A stretch of 63,909 nt of DNA, counting the filler, from Welwitschia mirabilis (lineage: Eukaryota), in assembly GCA_051453625.1 (NCBI GenBank). It is 7 parts of one record of this genome, joined end to end, with 100 filler letters (N's around TTAATTAATTAA, not from the genome) between each part and the next. Parts side by side here need not be neighbours in the genome. Positions count along the whole stretch, not along the records: positions 35,424 to 50,403 come from JBOZIK010000001.1; 6 more parts are not named here. One strand, 5' to 3'. The notes under the pieces were generated by a model that was not told where the DNA came from, did no database searches, and saw nothing but the letters and a program-made list of their open reading frames with translations. Positions 39,675-50,403 of the stretch are shown here, piece after piece. Each line of letters begins with the position of its first letter. The first letter of the stretch is position 1. A program made the translations under genes and the position numbers.

Positions 39675-42600
39675 TGTTGGAGTTGAAGTCAAATCCTCTT
39701 TTGTATTATCCTTTTTCTGTTCTTGTAGAACTTTGTTTGTAAAGTGTATTTTCCTTCTTATATTATAAAGTGAGAGGGGGCTGTTTATAATGTTAATGTA
39801 AAATTAGGTTTTGTAACCTCAAGTGAGCCTATTTAGAGGGAAGGGTTTTGAAGGAGAAGCATCATATTTTGAACACTCTGGCTATTGAGGACAACTTGTG
39901 TCCTTGGACTATTTCTCGAAATCTTAAGAGAGCTCTGCATTGCTTCTGTGGTTTTTCCCCACGTTGGGGTTTCCACATAAATTCCTGTGTGTTGTTTTGC
40001 TTTCTGTTTTTGCTATTTTTCGCTGCTTTTCTTAACAATTAGTATCAGAGCCTGGTTAAGGTTTACCTTAGGGTGTTCCAGCGAAGGTTGGGAAGTTGCA
40101 GGAATTTTTGAAGAGATTCTAAGAGTGAAGCTTGTGAACAGAACAAGCGAGCATTCTTTTTGGTGTTTATACCAGTTAGATATGTTTCTTTGAGGCAAAG
40201 CGTGATGGAGAGATTACATATGATGGATATGCTTGTTGGCCAAAACTAGAACATTTGGAGTGTTTTGATTAAAGTTAACTTGGCACAGAAGGAGTGCCCT
40301 AAAGCTCTGGAGTTGCGCAACCAGCATCTATGAAGGACGAAGAATGGAAAAAGGTGAAAAGGAAGGCCCTGTCTTACATGCATCCAAGTCTGAATAATGG
40401 GATCTTATAGTCAATTAAACAAGATATGGATCCCCATGATCTTTGGCAAACCCTCAAGAATAGGTTTGATAAAGCATCTGGTTTGAACATGTTTCGCATT
40501 TATCAGAAGGTATTCAAGGTGAGGAAGCAGCTAGGAGTTTCATTACAAGATCATTTGGATGAGATGATGGGTAATCTAGTAAAGCTGGAGGAGTATAAAA
40601 TTAAAATTCCAGATTTAGTTAAGTCTTATGCTTTATTGGATTCTCTTCCTGAAGCTTGGTCTGCAATAGTGACATCTATTATTACATCCATGAATATTAC
40701 CATGATGACATTTGAAGAGGTTGTGTCTACACTTCAAGATTCTGAGGGTAGACTCAATGAAACACAACCTTTAGAGGNNNNNNNNNNAGCTAAAAACAGA
40801 GGCAAGAATAAGAGATGTGACCAAAGCAGGGGGAGAAGCAAAAGCAGAAGAGTTTCCCATGACAGAAATATTGAATGCTGGCTCTATAAGAAAAAGGGGC
40901 ATACGAAGAAAAACTACTATGCTTGGAAGGCAAAGCAGAAAGAGAGGCATAAACAGGGCCATTTGATAGAGTCTTCATCACAAGTTAATCAGACAAATGA
41001 GGGAGTTAGTTTTCTGGTGTCAGAACCATCTGGTCTTCTGGCAGAGAGGTCTGGCCAAGACGTTTGGTTAGTTGATTCGGGTGCTTCTTTTCCTATCTGT
41101 CTAGATCGTTCTGTTTTCTCTACTTAGAGTCCTATTTTTTTTGGAGTTGTTTATGCTGNNNNNNNNNNCGTTGTTTTGTAACAACCAAGAGTGCCCAAGG
41201 TTATCATTAATAATGTTCATCATGTTTCAAAGGTGATGAAGAAGCTGATTTCTATTACATAGCTTGATGATCTAGGCTTGGGCTTCTCTAGTGAAGGAGG
41301 ACATTGGAAAATTACCAAGGGAATTTTAACAGTGTTGCGAGGGAAGAAAGATGGTAGCATGTATACCTTGGAAGCAGACACATATGCAATGGTTGTTGCT
41401 ACTGCATATGAGCAAAATGTTGGAGCTGTAACAGCTTCAAAGGATGCAAATATCTTTGGCACAAACGTTTGGGACACATACGCAACTCCAGTCTTAAAGT
41501 ACTTCAATCTTTTTCCTTAATCCCTGTGTTTTCACATGCTTCTATTGATTTTTGTAAAGACTATATTGTTGGTAAATCTAAAAGAAAAATAAATTAGAAT
41601 TGGTTTATTCTGATGTGTGTGGGCCTATGAATCCTGCTTCTATTGGTGGCTCGCTTCTATTGCGGAGAGATGCAATAGAACTTTGTTAGAGCGTGCTAGA
41701 CCGATGATTGCAACTGCAGGTCTATCTAAGGTTTTCTGGGCAGAGGCGGTGGTAATAGTTGTATATCTAGTGAACAGGTGTCTTCATTCCTCTCTCAATA
41801 ATGGAATTCCAAAGATTTTTTTGGACTAGTAAAAATGTTTCTTATAAGCATCTAAGAGTTTTTGGATGTGGGGTTTGCATGCACATTCAAAAGGAGAACA
41901 GGATAAAATTACAAGACAGAGCCAAATGGTGTATATTTCTCAGATATGGTGAGGATGCTCTTGTTATGGACTATGGGACCCTGAGACAAAACGAGTTGTC
42001 AGGTCACGTGATGTTAAATTCAGAGAACAGGCCATTGGGATGGGAATCAAGGGACTTTTAATTTTGGCATCTTGCAAAACTCTATTAGTTTTTCAAAAGN
42101 NNNNNNNNNNNNNNNNNNNNNNNNNNNNNNNNNNNNNNNNNNNNNNNNNNNNNNNNNNNNNNNNNNNNNNNNNNNNNNNNNNNNNNNNNNNNNNNNNNNN
42201 NNNNNNNNNNNNNNNNNNNNNNNNNNNNNNNNNNNNNNNNNNNNNNNNNNNNNNNNNNNNNNNNNNNNNNNNNNNNNNNNNNNNNNNNNNNNNNNNNNNN
42301 NNNNNNNNNNNNNNNNNNNNNNNNNNNNNNNNNNNNNNNNNNNNNNNNNNNNNNNNNNNNNNNNNNNNNNNNNNNNNNNNNNNNNNNNNNNNNNNNNNNN
42401 NNNNNNNNNNNNNNNNNNNNNNNNNNNNNNNNNNNNNNNNNNNNNNNNNNNNNNNNNNNNNNNNNNNNNNNNNNNNNNNNNNNNNNNNNNNNNNNNNNNN
42501 NNNNNNNNNNNNNNNNNNNNNNNNNNNNNNNNNNNNNNNNNNNNNNNNNNNNNNNNNNNNNNNNNNNNNNNNNNNNNNNNNNNNNNNNNNNNNNNNNNNN

Positions 42601-45047
42601 NNNNNNNNNNNNNNNNNNNNNNNNNNNNNNNNNNNNNNNNNNNNNNNNNNNNNNNNNNNNNNNNNNNNNNNNNNNNNNNNNNNNNNNNNNNNNNNNNNNN
42701 NNNNNNNNNNNNNNNNNNNNNNNNNNNNNNNNNNNNNNNNNNNNNNNNNNNNNNNNNNNNNNNNNNNNNNNNNNNNNNNNNNNNNNNNNNNNNNNNNNNN
42801 NNNNNNNNNNNNNNNNNNNNNNNNNNNNNNNNNNNNNNNNNNNNNNNNNNNNNNNNNNNNNNNNNNNNNNNNNNNNNNNNNNNNNNNNNNNNNNNNNNNN
42901 NNNNNNNNNNNNNNNNNNNNNNNNNNNNNNNNNNNNNNNNNNNNNNNNNNNNNNNNNNNNNNNNNNNNNNNNNNNNNNNNNNNNNNNNNNNNNNNNNNNN
43001 NNNNNNNNNNNNNNNNNNNNNNNNNNNNNNNNNNNNNNNNNNNNNNNNNNNNNNNNNNNNNNNNNNNNNNNNNNNNNNNNNNNNNNNNNNNNNNNNNNNA
43101 TTCTTTATACTAATTGTGGAGAGCCTGAAATAGTATAAGAGGCTTTATCTTGTGCTGCTATTGCCAAGTGGAAGGTAGCTATGGAGGAGGAATGGAAATC
43201 TTTGCAAGACAATAAAACTTGGAAGTTGGTTACTTTGCTTAAGGGGCATAAAGCTCTACATAGCAAGTGGATCTTTAGAATAAAAGATGAGGCTAATAGG
43301 AAGAAGCGCTACAAGGTCAGGCTGGTAGTGAAATATTATGCCTAAAAGCCAGGTATTGATTTTACATAATTCTTTTCTCCTGTTGTAAAGCATTCATCAA
43401 TCAAGATAGTTCTTTCTTTGGTTGCTTGCTTGGATTTGGAGCTAGAACAATTGGATGTTAAGATAACATTTCTAAATGGAAACCTTGCATCAACTAGAAG
43501 GTTATTCAGTCCAGCAAAGTTTTAATCTGGTTTGCAGGTTGCGAAAGAGCTTGTACAGCTTAAAACAAGCTCCTAGACAGTGGTATAAAAGGTTTGATAC
43601 ATTCATTAAGAAATAGTCTTACTAAAGAAGTTAGTTTGACCACTGTGTTTATTTCTCTGAAAGTGTCACAGGTAAATTTGTCATTCTGCTCTTGTATGTA
43701 GATGAGATGTTGGTTGCAAGGAATGATGTCTCTGAAATTAAATGTTTGAAAATAACAATGAAAAAACAACTTGAGATGAAAAATCTTGGGTAGGCTAATC
43801 AAATTTTGGGGATGAGANNNNNNNNNNNNNNNNNNNNNNNNNNNNNNNNNNNNNNNNNNNNNNNNNNNNNNNNNNNNNNNNNNNNNNNNNNNNNNNNNNN
43901 NNNNNNNNNNNNNNNNNNNNNNNNNNNNNNNNNNNNNNNNNNNNNNNNNNNNNNNNNNNNNNNNNNNNNNNNNNNNNNNNNNNNNNNNNNNNNNNNNNNN
44001 NNNNNNNNNNNNNNNNNNNNNNNNNNNNNNNNNNNNNNNNNNNNNNNNNNNNNNNNNNNNNNNNNNNNNNNNNNNNNNNNNNNNNNNNNNNNNNNNNNNN
44101 NNNNNNNNNNNNNNNNNNNNNNNNNNNNNNNNNNNNNNNNNNNNNNNNNNNNNNNNNNNNNNNNNNNNNNNNNNNNNNNNNNNNNNNNNNNNNNNNNNNN
44201 NNNNNNNNNNNNNNNNNNNNNNNNNNNNNNNNNNNNNNNNNNNNNNNNNNNNNNNNNNNNNNNNNNNNNNNNNNNNNNNNNNNNNNNNNNNNNNNNNNNN
44301 NNNNNNNNNNNNNNNNNNNNNNNNNNNNNNNNNNNNNNNNNNNNNNNNNNNNNNNNNNNNNNNNNNNNNNNNNNNNNNNNNNNNNNNNNNNNNNNNNNNN
44401 NNNNNNNNNNNNNNNNNNNNNNNNNNNNNNNNNNNNNNNNNNNNNNNNNNNNNNNNNNNNNNNNNNNNNNNNNNNNNNNNNNNNNNNNNNNNNNNNNNNN
44501 NNNNNNTATCAGATTTCATTTTGTAAGAGAAATTGTTGAATGTGGGTTGGTTAACATTCAAAAGATTCATACGAAGTTTAATGCTGTTGATTCTCTTACA
44601 AAGGTGGTGGCAGTGGAAAAGCATAACTTCTGTAAAGGAAAGCTTCGAATTGCCATGACTTAAGCAATGGGCAACAAAGGGACACTTTGAAGCAATGCAT
44701 CTGTCTTGATTCTTAGAGGTTGGTTAGATTTGTCTCCAAGGGGGAGAATTGTTGGAGTTGAAGTTAAACCCTGTTTTGTATCTTCTTTTTTCCCCTTGTT
44801 GTAGCACTTTGTTTGTAAAGTGTGTTTCTCTTCTTATATTATAAAGTGAGAGGGGAATGTTTCTAAAGTTAATGTAAAATTAGGTTTTCTAACCTAAAGT
44901 GAGCCTATTTAAATGGAAAGGTTTTGAGGGAGGAGCATCATATTCTAAACACTTTGGTTGGTTATTGAGGATGGCTTGTGCCCTTGGGCTATTCCTGTGT
45001 GCTGTTTTGCTTTCTGTTTTTGCTATTTTTCGCTACTATCCTTAACA
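39675..45047 (+). mobile_element. Full-length decayed Ty1/copia element D nested in the RNase H of element C, CGAAG TSD
   Basis: LTRs 39675-40037 and 44750-45047 (TGTTGGAGTTGAAG...CTTAACA), PBS TAGTATCAGAGCC, PPT AAGGGGGAGAA, cgaag at 39670-39674 and 45048-45052. gag-protease ORF 40426-41127 (WLVDSGASF). Confidence 0.96.
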
Positions 45048-45804
45048 CGAAGAAATTACAAGTTGACAAAGTGGGCAACAAGCACAACTTGGCAGACTTC
45101 TTGACCAAGGGAGTAGATGGAACAAAGCATGATTCTTGCATGTATGGCATTGTACTTGCACTTTTTGGTACTAGAAGTTGGAGCTTGGTTTGGAGACTGT
45201 CAATATGTCCTCAAGTGGGAGATTGTTATAATGCGGAGCCAAATTACTCCCTCTGTAATTATAATTATAAAGTTACTTTGAGGTTAAAAAGTGCAGTTGC
45301 TTAAGATTATGTGGGGCCATGGAGGTTAACGTACAGGTCTATGGTATTCTAGAAAGTTCCGCCCTATATCTGTTGGATCTCTATTTGAGGTTGTATTCTA
45401 CACTAAGTTGTATGGGGCTTTGAGGAGTGATTTGTGTAACAGATTGAGAGCTCAAGCTTGGTTTGTAAGCTTGTTTCCTTAATAGGAGCTCTGCACTACT
45501 TCCTATGGATGTTTCTCTCAAATGATGTTGCCCTAAGCATCTTAGGGCTTTACCATGTGAATCTCTATGTGTGTTTACTTTTGAATTTGCCTTTTGCTGT
45601 CATTTTTCTTAATAAGTTTTTCTCTGGACAATCTTGTTGCCATTTAAGCAATTATTATCAAGTATGCACTTGTACCACCATCCTCTGCTTAAAACTTATG
45701 AACATTTTCACCAACTATCATGCATCTTGCATGTCTAATGTTCTAATGTATTTTTCTGCCACCTCGTTTTGTTGCACCATGTCTTTTGTGGTATGTGAAT
45801 GAGG

Positions 45805-45992
45805 CAAGGTAGCAAGACTTCTAACTTAGTCAGTTTGGGCAAATCTCAACTCTGAGGCCTGAAGTGAGTCTTGAATGTTTGCAACTTTGACAGTCCTGGA
45901 TTCATAAAACTTGCCAGACTTGTCAAACTTGGCAAATCTGGTGAGTTTTGTCAATCCAGGACTACCAAACTCGATTCAGAGTGTTTAACTTG
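45805..45992. mobile_element. Possible decayed MITE related to 28143-28421
   Basis: Starts CAAGGTAGCAAGACT and has aaacttg/gacttg repeats. Right end and TSD not resolved. Confidence 0.3.
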
Positions 45993-46250
45993 ATAAGCAT
46001 CACTGGACAATAGAAGGGATAAATATGTGATATAAATGTATGTAAGTATAACAATTGTTCTCTACCCTTGTTACCTCTTAATATTTTGTAATCATAGCAA
46101 TATGCCTGCACATTTGTCTTTGAATCATCTTGATTGTTGTTTACTTGGATCATTTAAGAGCCTAATATTTGATTTGCTATGTATCGTGTAAACATTTGTA
46201 TGTTTTTAGAGCATACTGTTTGATTGAATGGCATTAAACCACTGTATCAG

Positions 46251-46419
46251 AAAAAGGGAAAGTCCACTCGACGCCGTAGATCTTTTCCTGCAGCTGCTAA
46301 ACAGATGGACACTTTAAATGATTTACTGTCAGCTAGTGATCTTGTCTCACTGCATTGTACAGTCACTAATGAGAACTTTCAAATTCTAAATGCTGAAACA
46401 TTGCAACACATCAAACCAG
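46251..46419 (+). CDS. AN: ANGUSTIFOLIA coding exon 2
   Basis: FPAAAKQMDTLNDLLSASDLVSLHCTVTNENFQILNAETLQHIKPG. CAG| acceptor and CCAG|GTAAAA donor, phase 1. Confidence 0.93.
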
Positions 46420-46624
46420 GTAAAAGTGTTATCACTTATTATTACATGTTTTGGCTCTTGAATAGTGAATCCTCACATTTACTCAAAATGCATTTTACCT
46501 TGTTAAAGGAAATTATTTGTTTCTCGACCATCTTGTATATTTCATTAATTGTTTATCTGTAATTTATACAATCCTTGTTAATTTTAGGATTTATAATAAA
46601 AATTGCTGCTGCTCTTGTTTTTAG

Positions 46625-46755
46625 GTGCTTTTATTGTGAATACCTGTAGCAGCCAGTTGGTGGATGATTGTGCTCTAAAGCAGTTGCTCATAGATGGTAC
46701 AATAGCAGGGTGTGCATTGGATGGTGCAGAAGGTCCACAATGGATGGAAGCATGG
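46625..46755 (+). CDS. AN: ANGUSTIFOLIA coding exon 3; later exons not found in the window
   Basis: tttttag|GT GCT TTT... gives GAFIVNTCSSQLVDDCALKQLLIDGTIAGCALDGAEGPQWMEAW. Homology ends at TGG|GCAAGT. Confidence 0.93.
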
Positions 46756-48522
46756 GCAAGTTCACCCACTATACACTTTATGAAGCTTATTTGATATATC
46801 AACCCATAGAGGTGTAGTGATTGTGAAATTTGTTATATCAGTTTTCACTGAGTTACACTAGTTCATGCAATTAAGTAGCTTATACAACCCAACAATGCCT
46901 ATGGTGTACCAACACAAGATCTTGGTGTTGACCTTGTTTACATCAACACATGGTTTGTTTCTGAGCTTGGCAGCTCATTGGATACTGCCAAATTTGATAC
47001 AGTAAAAATATTGGCTGAAGTGTGCCTTTGAAGGACAATCTGCTGAGGGCAAACTTTAGAAATCACGTTTCTTGTTAGTGCTTTTCTAACTAACATTTTA
47101 CTGGAGGGAGTATTAAATAGTAGTCATTTGAGGTGATGTTAAAAGACATCTTCGAATCTTGAGTTGAAGAGACACACTGAAATTTTCATCAAAGATGTCA
47201 ATTTCAGATGATGTTAAAGTCATTTGCAGATTTCTGAAACAGAAGTTTTATTTGGCTTTGTATAACAGAGTTGCTTGCACCTTTCTAGAGTGGACTTGAT
47301 ATTTTTAAAGAGAGGAACCCATAGAGGAACGGATAGCAGTAAATGTTGATGACTATAGAACAGTTTCAATGCTAGAACAGATCAAATTTCTACAATCACA
47401 ATCAATTCCAAAAACATAAGTTTGTTATCCATGAATGCGGACGTCTGAATCTGTAATGAAAAGCAGGAAACATACAAAACCCAATAGGTATAGTAGTGCG
47501 CTTCAGAGGTCTGCTTGCAAATGGAGATTCAAATAAAATATTTTACCGATGCAAACATTTGTCTTGCACATCTGTAGTTGACAAATGTGAAAATATTCAA
47601 CAAGTAGATACAGCTTTGTTAATATTGAGAGTCATTCAGTAAATAAGAACAAACCTAAAGACAAACAAAAGCTCTTGCAATTCATTTAATTTGGTGAGTG
47701 AACACAAAATATAAGCGATTAACATGCTTGTCTGTTAGTGACGGTTATCATGTATCTATTTCACGTGGAATGGATGACTTCTTAATTGCTTGGCCCCCAA
47801 AGCATCCTATAAGGTCAATCAAATTGAGTGGATAGAGTGCTAAAATCCATTGGTAGTATGTGATTGCAATATCACTTAGAAGACAGAGAAACAGTGTAGT
47901 CCAAGAAAGCAAGCTGTGCTACTTCTTGATTGCAAAAGGACAAATCACTCTTAGCATGTAGAGAACAATTTTTTGATTTGGAAAAATGCTAAGTCGAGGT
48001 AGAAAGGACATCTAGAGATTAAATGGTGAGAGGACAAATTCCTAGTGTGAATTTGTCGTTTATTCAGGTCAGATCTTGATCATGATCATGATCACATTTG
48101 TGGCAGATGACAATGTAGGGGCTGTATTCGCAAATGAGCTTCTTGTAATGTCGATTTGATGCAAGAGAAGTGAGCATGTGGTGGGTTGCACACCTTAAGA
48201 GTGTTAATTTTTAAACATGAAGTATATCACATGCAACAAATTAACTCTTTCAGTTTGAATCCAAATTTCTAATGGCTATAAACCATTTTTAATTTTTAAA
48301 ATCAAAATAATGAATGTCACACAGCTTGACTAGCAATTAGAAATTAACTTATAATATGCAAAATACAAGATAGAAAGTATAAAATATATTTTAAATACTA
48401 AAACCAAAAAGCATTTGTAGGGTATATAGTCCTGCCTCTACACAATAAACCCTGTTCTAAGGTTTTATAACATAAATGAAGTCAGGATTTTTATGGGAAC
48501 GGTTAATATTGATAGCTGGGTT

Positions 48523-49270
48523 TGTAAGGAAAAGGGAAATTTGAACATCTAAGCCATTTGAAGCAAAATAATAGAAACAGAAAATAAAATCTAAGAGCTA
48601 ATAAATTACTGAAATGTGAAGCTCCCAGAACGGAGAAGTACAAAAATGCAGATATGCCAGAATTTGGAGTAAGCAGAAAATTTCCTTTATTAACAAAACA
48701 AGACTACAAAGGGTCTCTTCATGCCCTAAATGTATAGATTTAATCGCAGAATTATTGCTTTCAGGTTTTAGGGACGATTGGTTCAATGGTTGAGATATTG
48801 GTCAAGGGTTTTTGAGATGTTATCAGCTAGGATTTGATAGAGGACAGGTATAGCAAAGATAGTTGGAATGATAGTTTGGATATTAGATGGAATATTATGA
48901 TGGCATTCGGGGCTTGAAAGAGGGAGTATTGCTGTATTCACAGATAATTTTTAGGGCTTATTGGTGAACTGCCATGTGTCAAAAAGTGATAGGTCCTTCT
49001 GCTTAGCGTTTTGGTAATGTTTGTGCTTTGTATTGGAAATATCAAGCCCATGGGTGGAGATTAAGCTTGTGGGGGATATCAAGCTTAGGAGAGATATCAA
49101 AATCCTTTGTGAGCTTTCAAGGTAATATTTAGGATTGGATAGGATTTAGGTGAAATTAAGGGAACTTTGAGGATTTGATGGGATTTAGGATATGACAAGG
49201 AAGCTTTTGGTCTTCGAGGCATAATGTGGGATGTCACATTTATTTAGGAACCTCAAATTTTGGTCTTACA
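48523..49270 (-). mobile_element. Putative solo LTR
   Basis: Bounded by TGTAAG...CTTACA inverted termini, with short internal repeats (gatatcaagc, ggatttagg). No TSD visible. Strand tentative. Confidence 0.4.
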
Positions 49271-49496
49271 ATAGTGTCCCAGAAAACTAACTTCTTAAAT
49301 TACTCGTAGCCTTTACATTAGTGGCTACATCAAAATAACATAGAACATCTTTTTGGCATAAACCCTTATAAAATAACATAGAGCATTTATGGTAATAGCT
49401 ACAAGATAAACTTCCAATGGAAAACATGTTACAAAATATGTAGTTGAAATACACATATCTTATTTACTTGAAAATATTTGTTAGACTAGAACTTGA

Positions 49497-49668
49497 GCAC
49501 TGTGGTGAAGAGGATCAGAAGTCTGATGAATTGGATGGCACCTTGATGGTGAAGAGGGTTGAACTACACCTGAGTACATTTCCACTTCAGATCTGAGATC
49601 TAACTTATTTGACACATGCACTGTGATGAAGAGGATCAGAAGTCTGAGGAATTGGATGGCACTTTGAT
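49497..49668 (+). repeat. ~51 bp direct repeat, two copies 121 bp apart
   Basis: gcactgtg.tgaagaggatcagaagtctga.gaattggatggcac.ttgat at 49497 and 49618. Confidence 0.85.
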
Positions 49669-50223
49669 AGCTGGAGATAGCAGATGAAGGGCAATTTGAA
49701 GGGACGAGGTGATAGTCTAATAAACTGATTATGTTTTGCTCAATTCTGTACCAAAATAAGGTTAGGATGATGACTAACGGTGCAGTCTTTTAGAAATTCA
49801 GAAGGTGAAATCTGAACTTAAGATCGGCATTTGGAAAGGATGGGATTTTATTAATGGATCAGGTTCTCTATGTCAATTGGATATAGTGATTGTGGTGTAA
49901 GCTCACTTAGATTTGTTTTTTATACATGCCTAGAGTGGCAAGTCTTTCGAGAAACAAAAAGGTTTAAATCATGTTCAAATTAATTAAATCGTCTATGGAA
50001 TAGATAAATTGTTTATGTTATCTTAACTCTCGATTTGTGCAATTGCGATTAGAATAAAATTGGTGTTGAAGGCTGTTGGAGTTATATGTAAAGATAACAC
50101 TCTAGACTTATTCAGTTATGCTCTATCCAGGTCATGGATGCTTTACAGATTTGGTTGAAAAAGCAATTCCAAACATTGTTGGATTTTGGTTGAGATTCAT
50201 TAATTAAAAAGGTAGAGAAGTAG

Positions 50224-50403
50224 TGCTACAAATCTAAGAACAAGAAAGTACTTCAACAAAATGGAACAATAGGCACACAAAAGGAACAACATAGAATTTA
50301 GGTGGTTCGAGCTCTTGTTACCCTATGTCCACGAGAAGCAATGCAGAGCTCTATTGATTGATTAGGAGCAAATGTGTCCAGATACAACAAACAACCCTTT
50401 AAC
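50224..50403 (-). repeat. LTR (solo or 3') of the same copia family as 16359-16658, truncated by the gap
   Basis: Collinear match to 16359-16538 (aaatctaa.aacaagaaagtactt.aacaaaatggaa...gagcaaatgtgtc.agat). No adjacent PBS. Confidence 0.85.

Larger units (their letters stand above)
35424..45614 (+). mobile_element. Ty1/copia element C (5' LTR in the gap), host of two nested insertions; 3' LTR 45224-45614
   Basis: gag 35631-35912, protease VWILDLGASFHV, integrase DNGHEY/SPLQNGVA, RT CVDDMLI. RNase H is split at 39674/45048. PPT AAGTGGGAGA then TGTTATAATGCGGAGCC. Confidence 0.88.
25387..46250 (+). other. AN: AN intron 1, 20,864 bp as assembled (includes gaps), GT-AG, filled with retrotransposons
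   Basis: GTAATG donor and TATCAG acceptor join ...YYDFDQ to KKGKSTRRRRSFPAAA in frame. Confidence 0.85.

Noticed and set aside
33579..45614. Elements B and C as one element
   Set aside because: Their LTRs differ (TGTTAGGTAGAG vs TGTTATAATGCGG) and each has its own gag and RNase H
46800..50220. Candidate AN exon 4 after AG sites (e.g. ~48067, ~50130)
   Set aside because: Translations do not match the conserved EMPNVLILPRSADYSEE block
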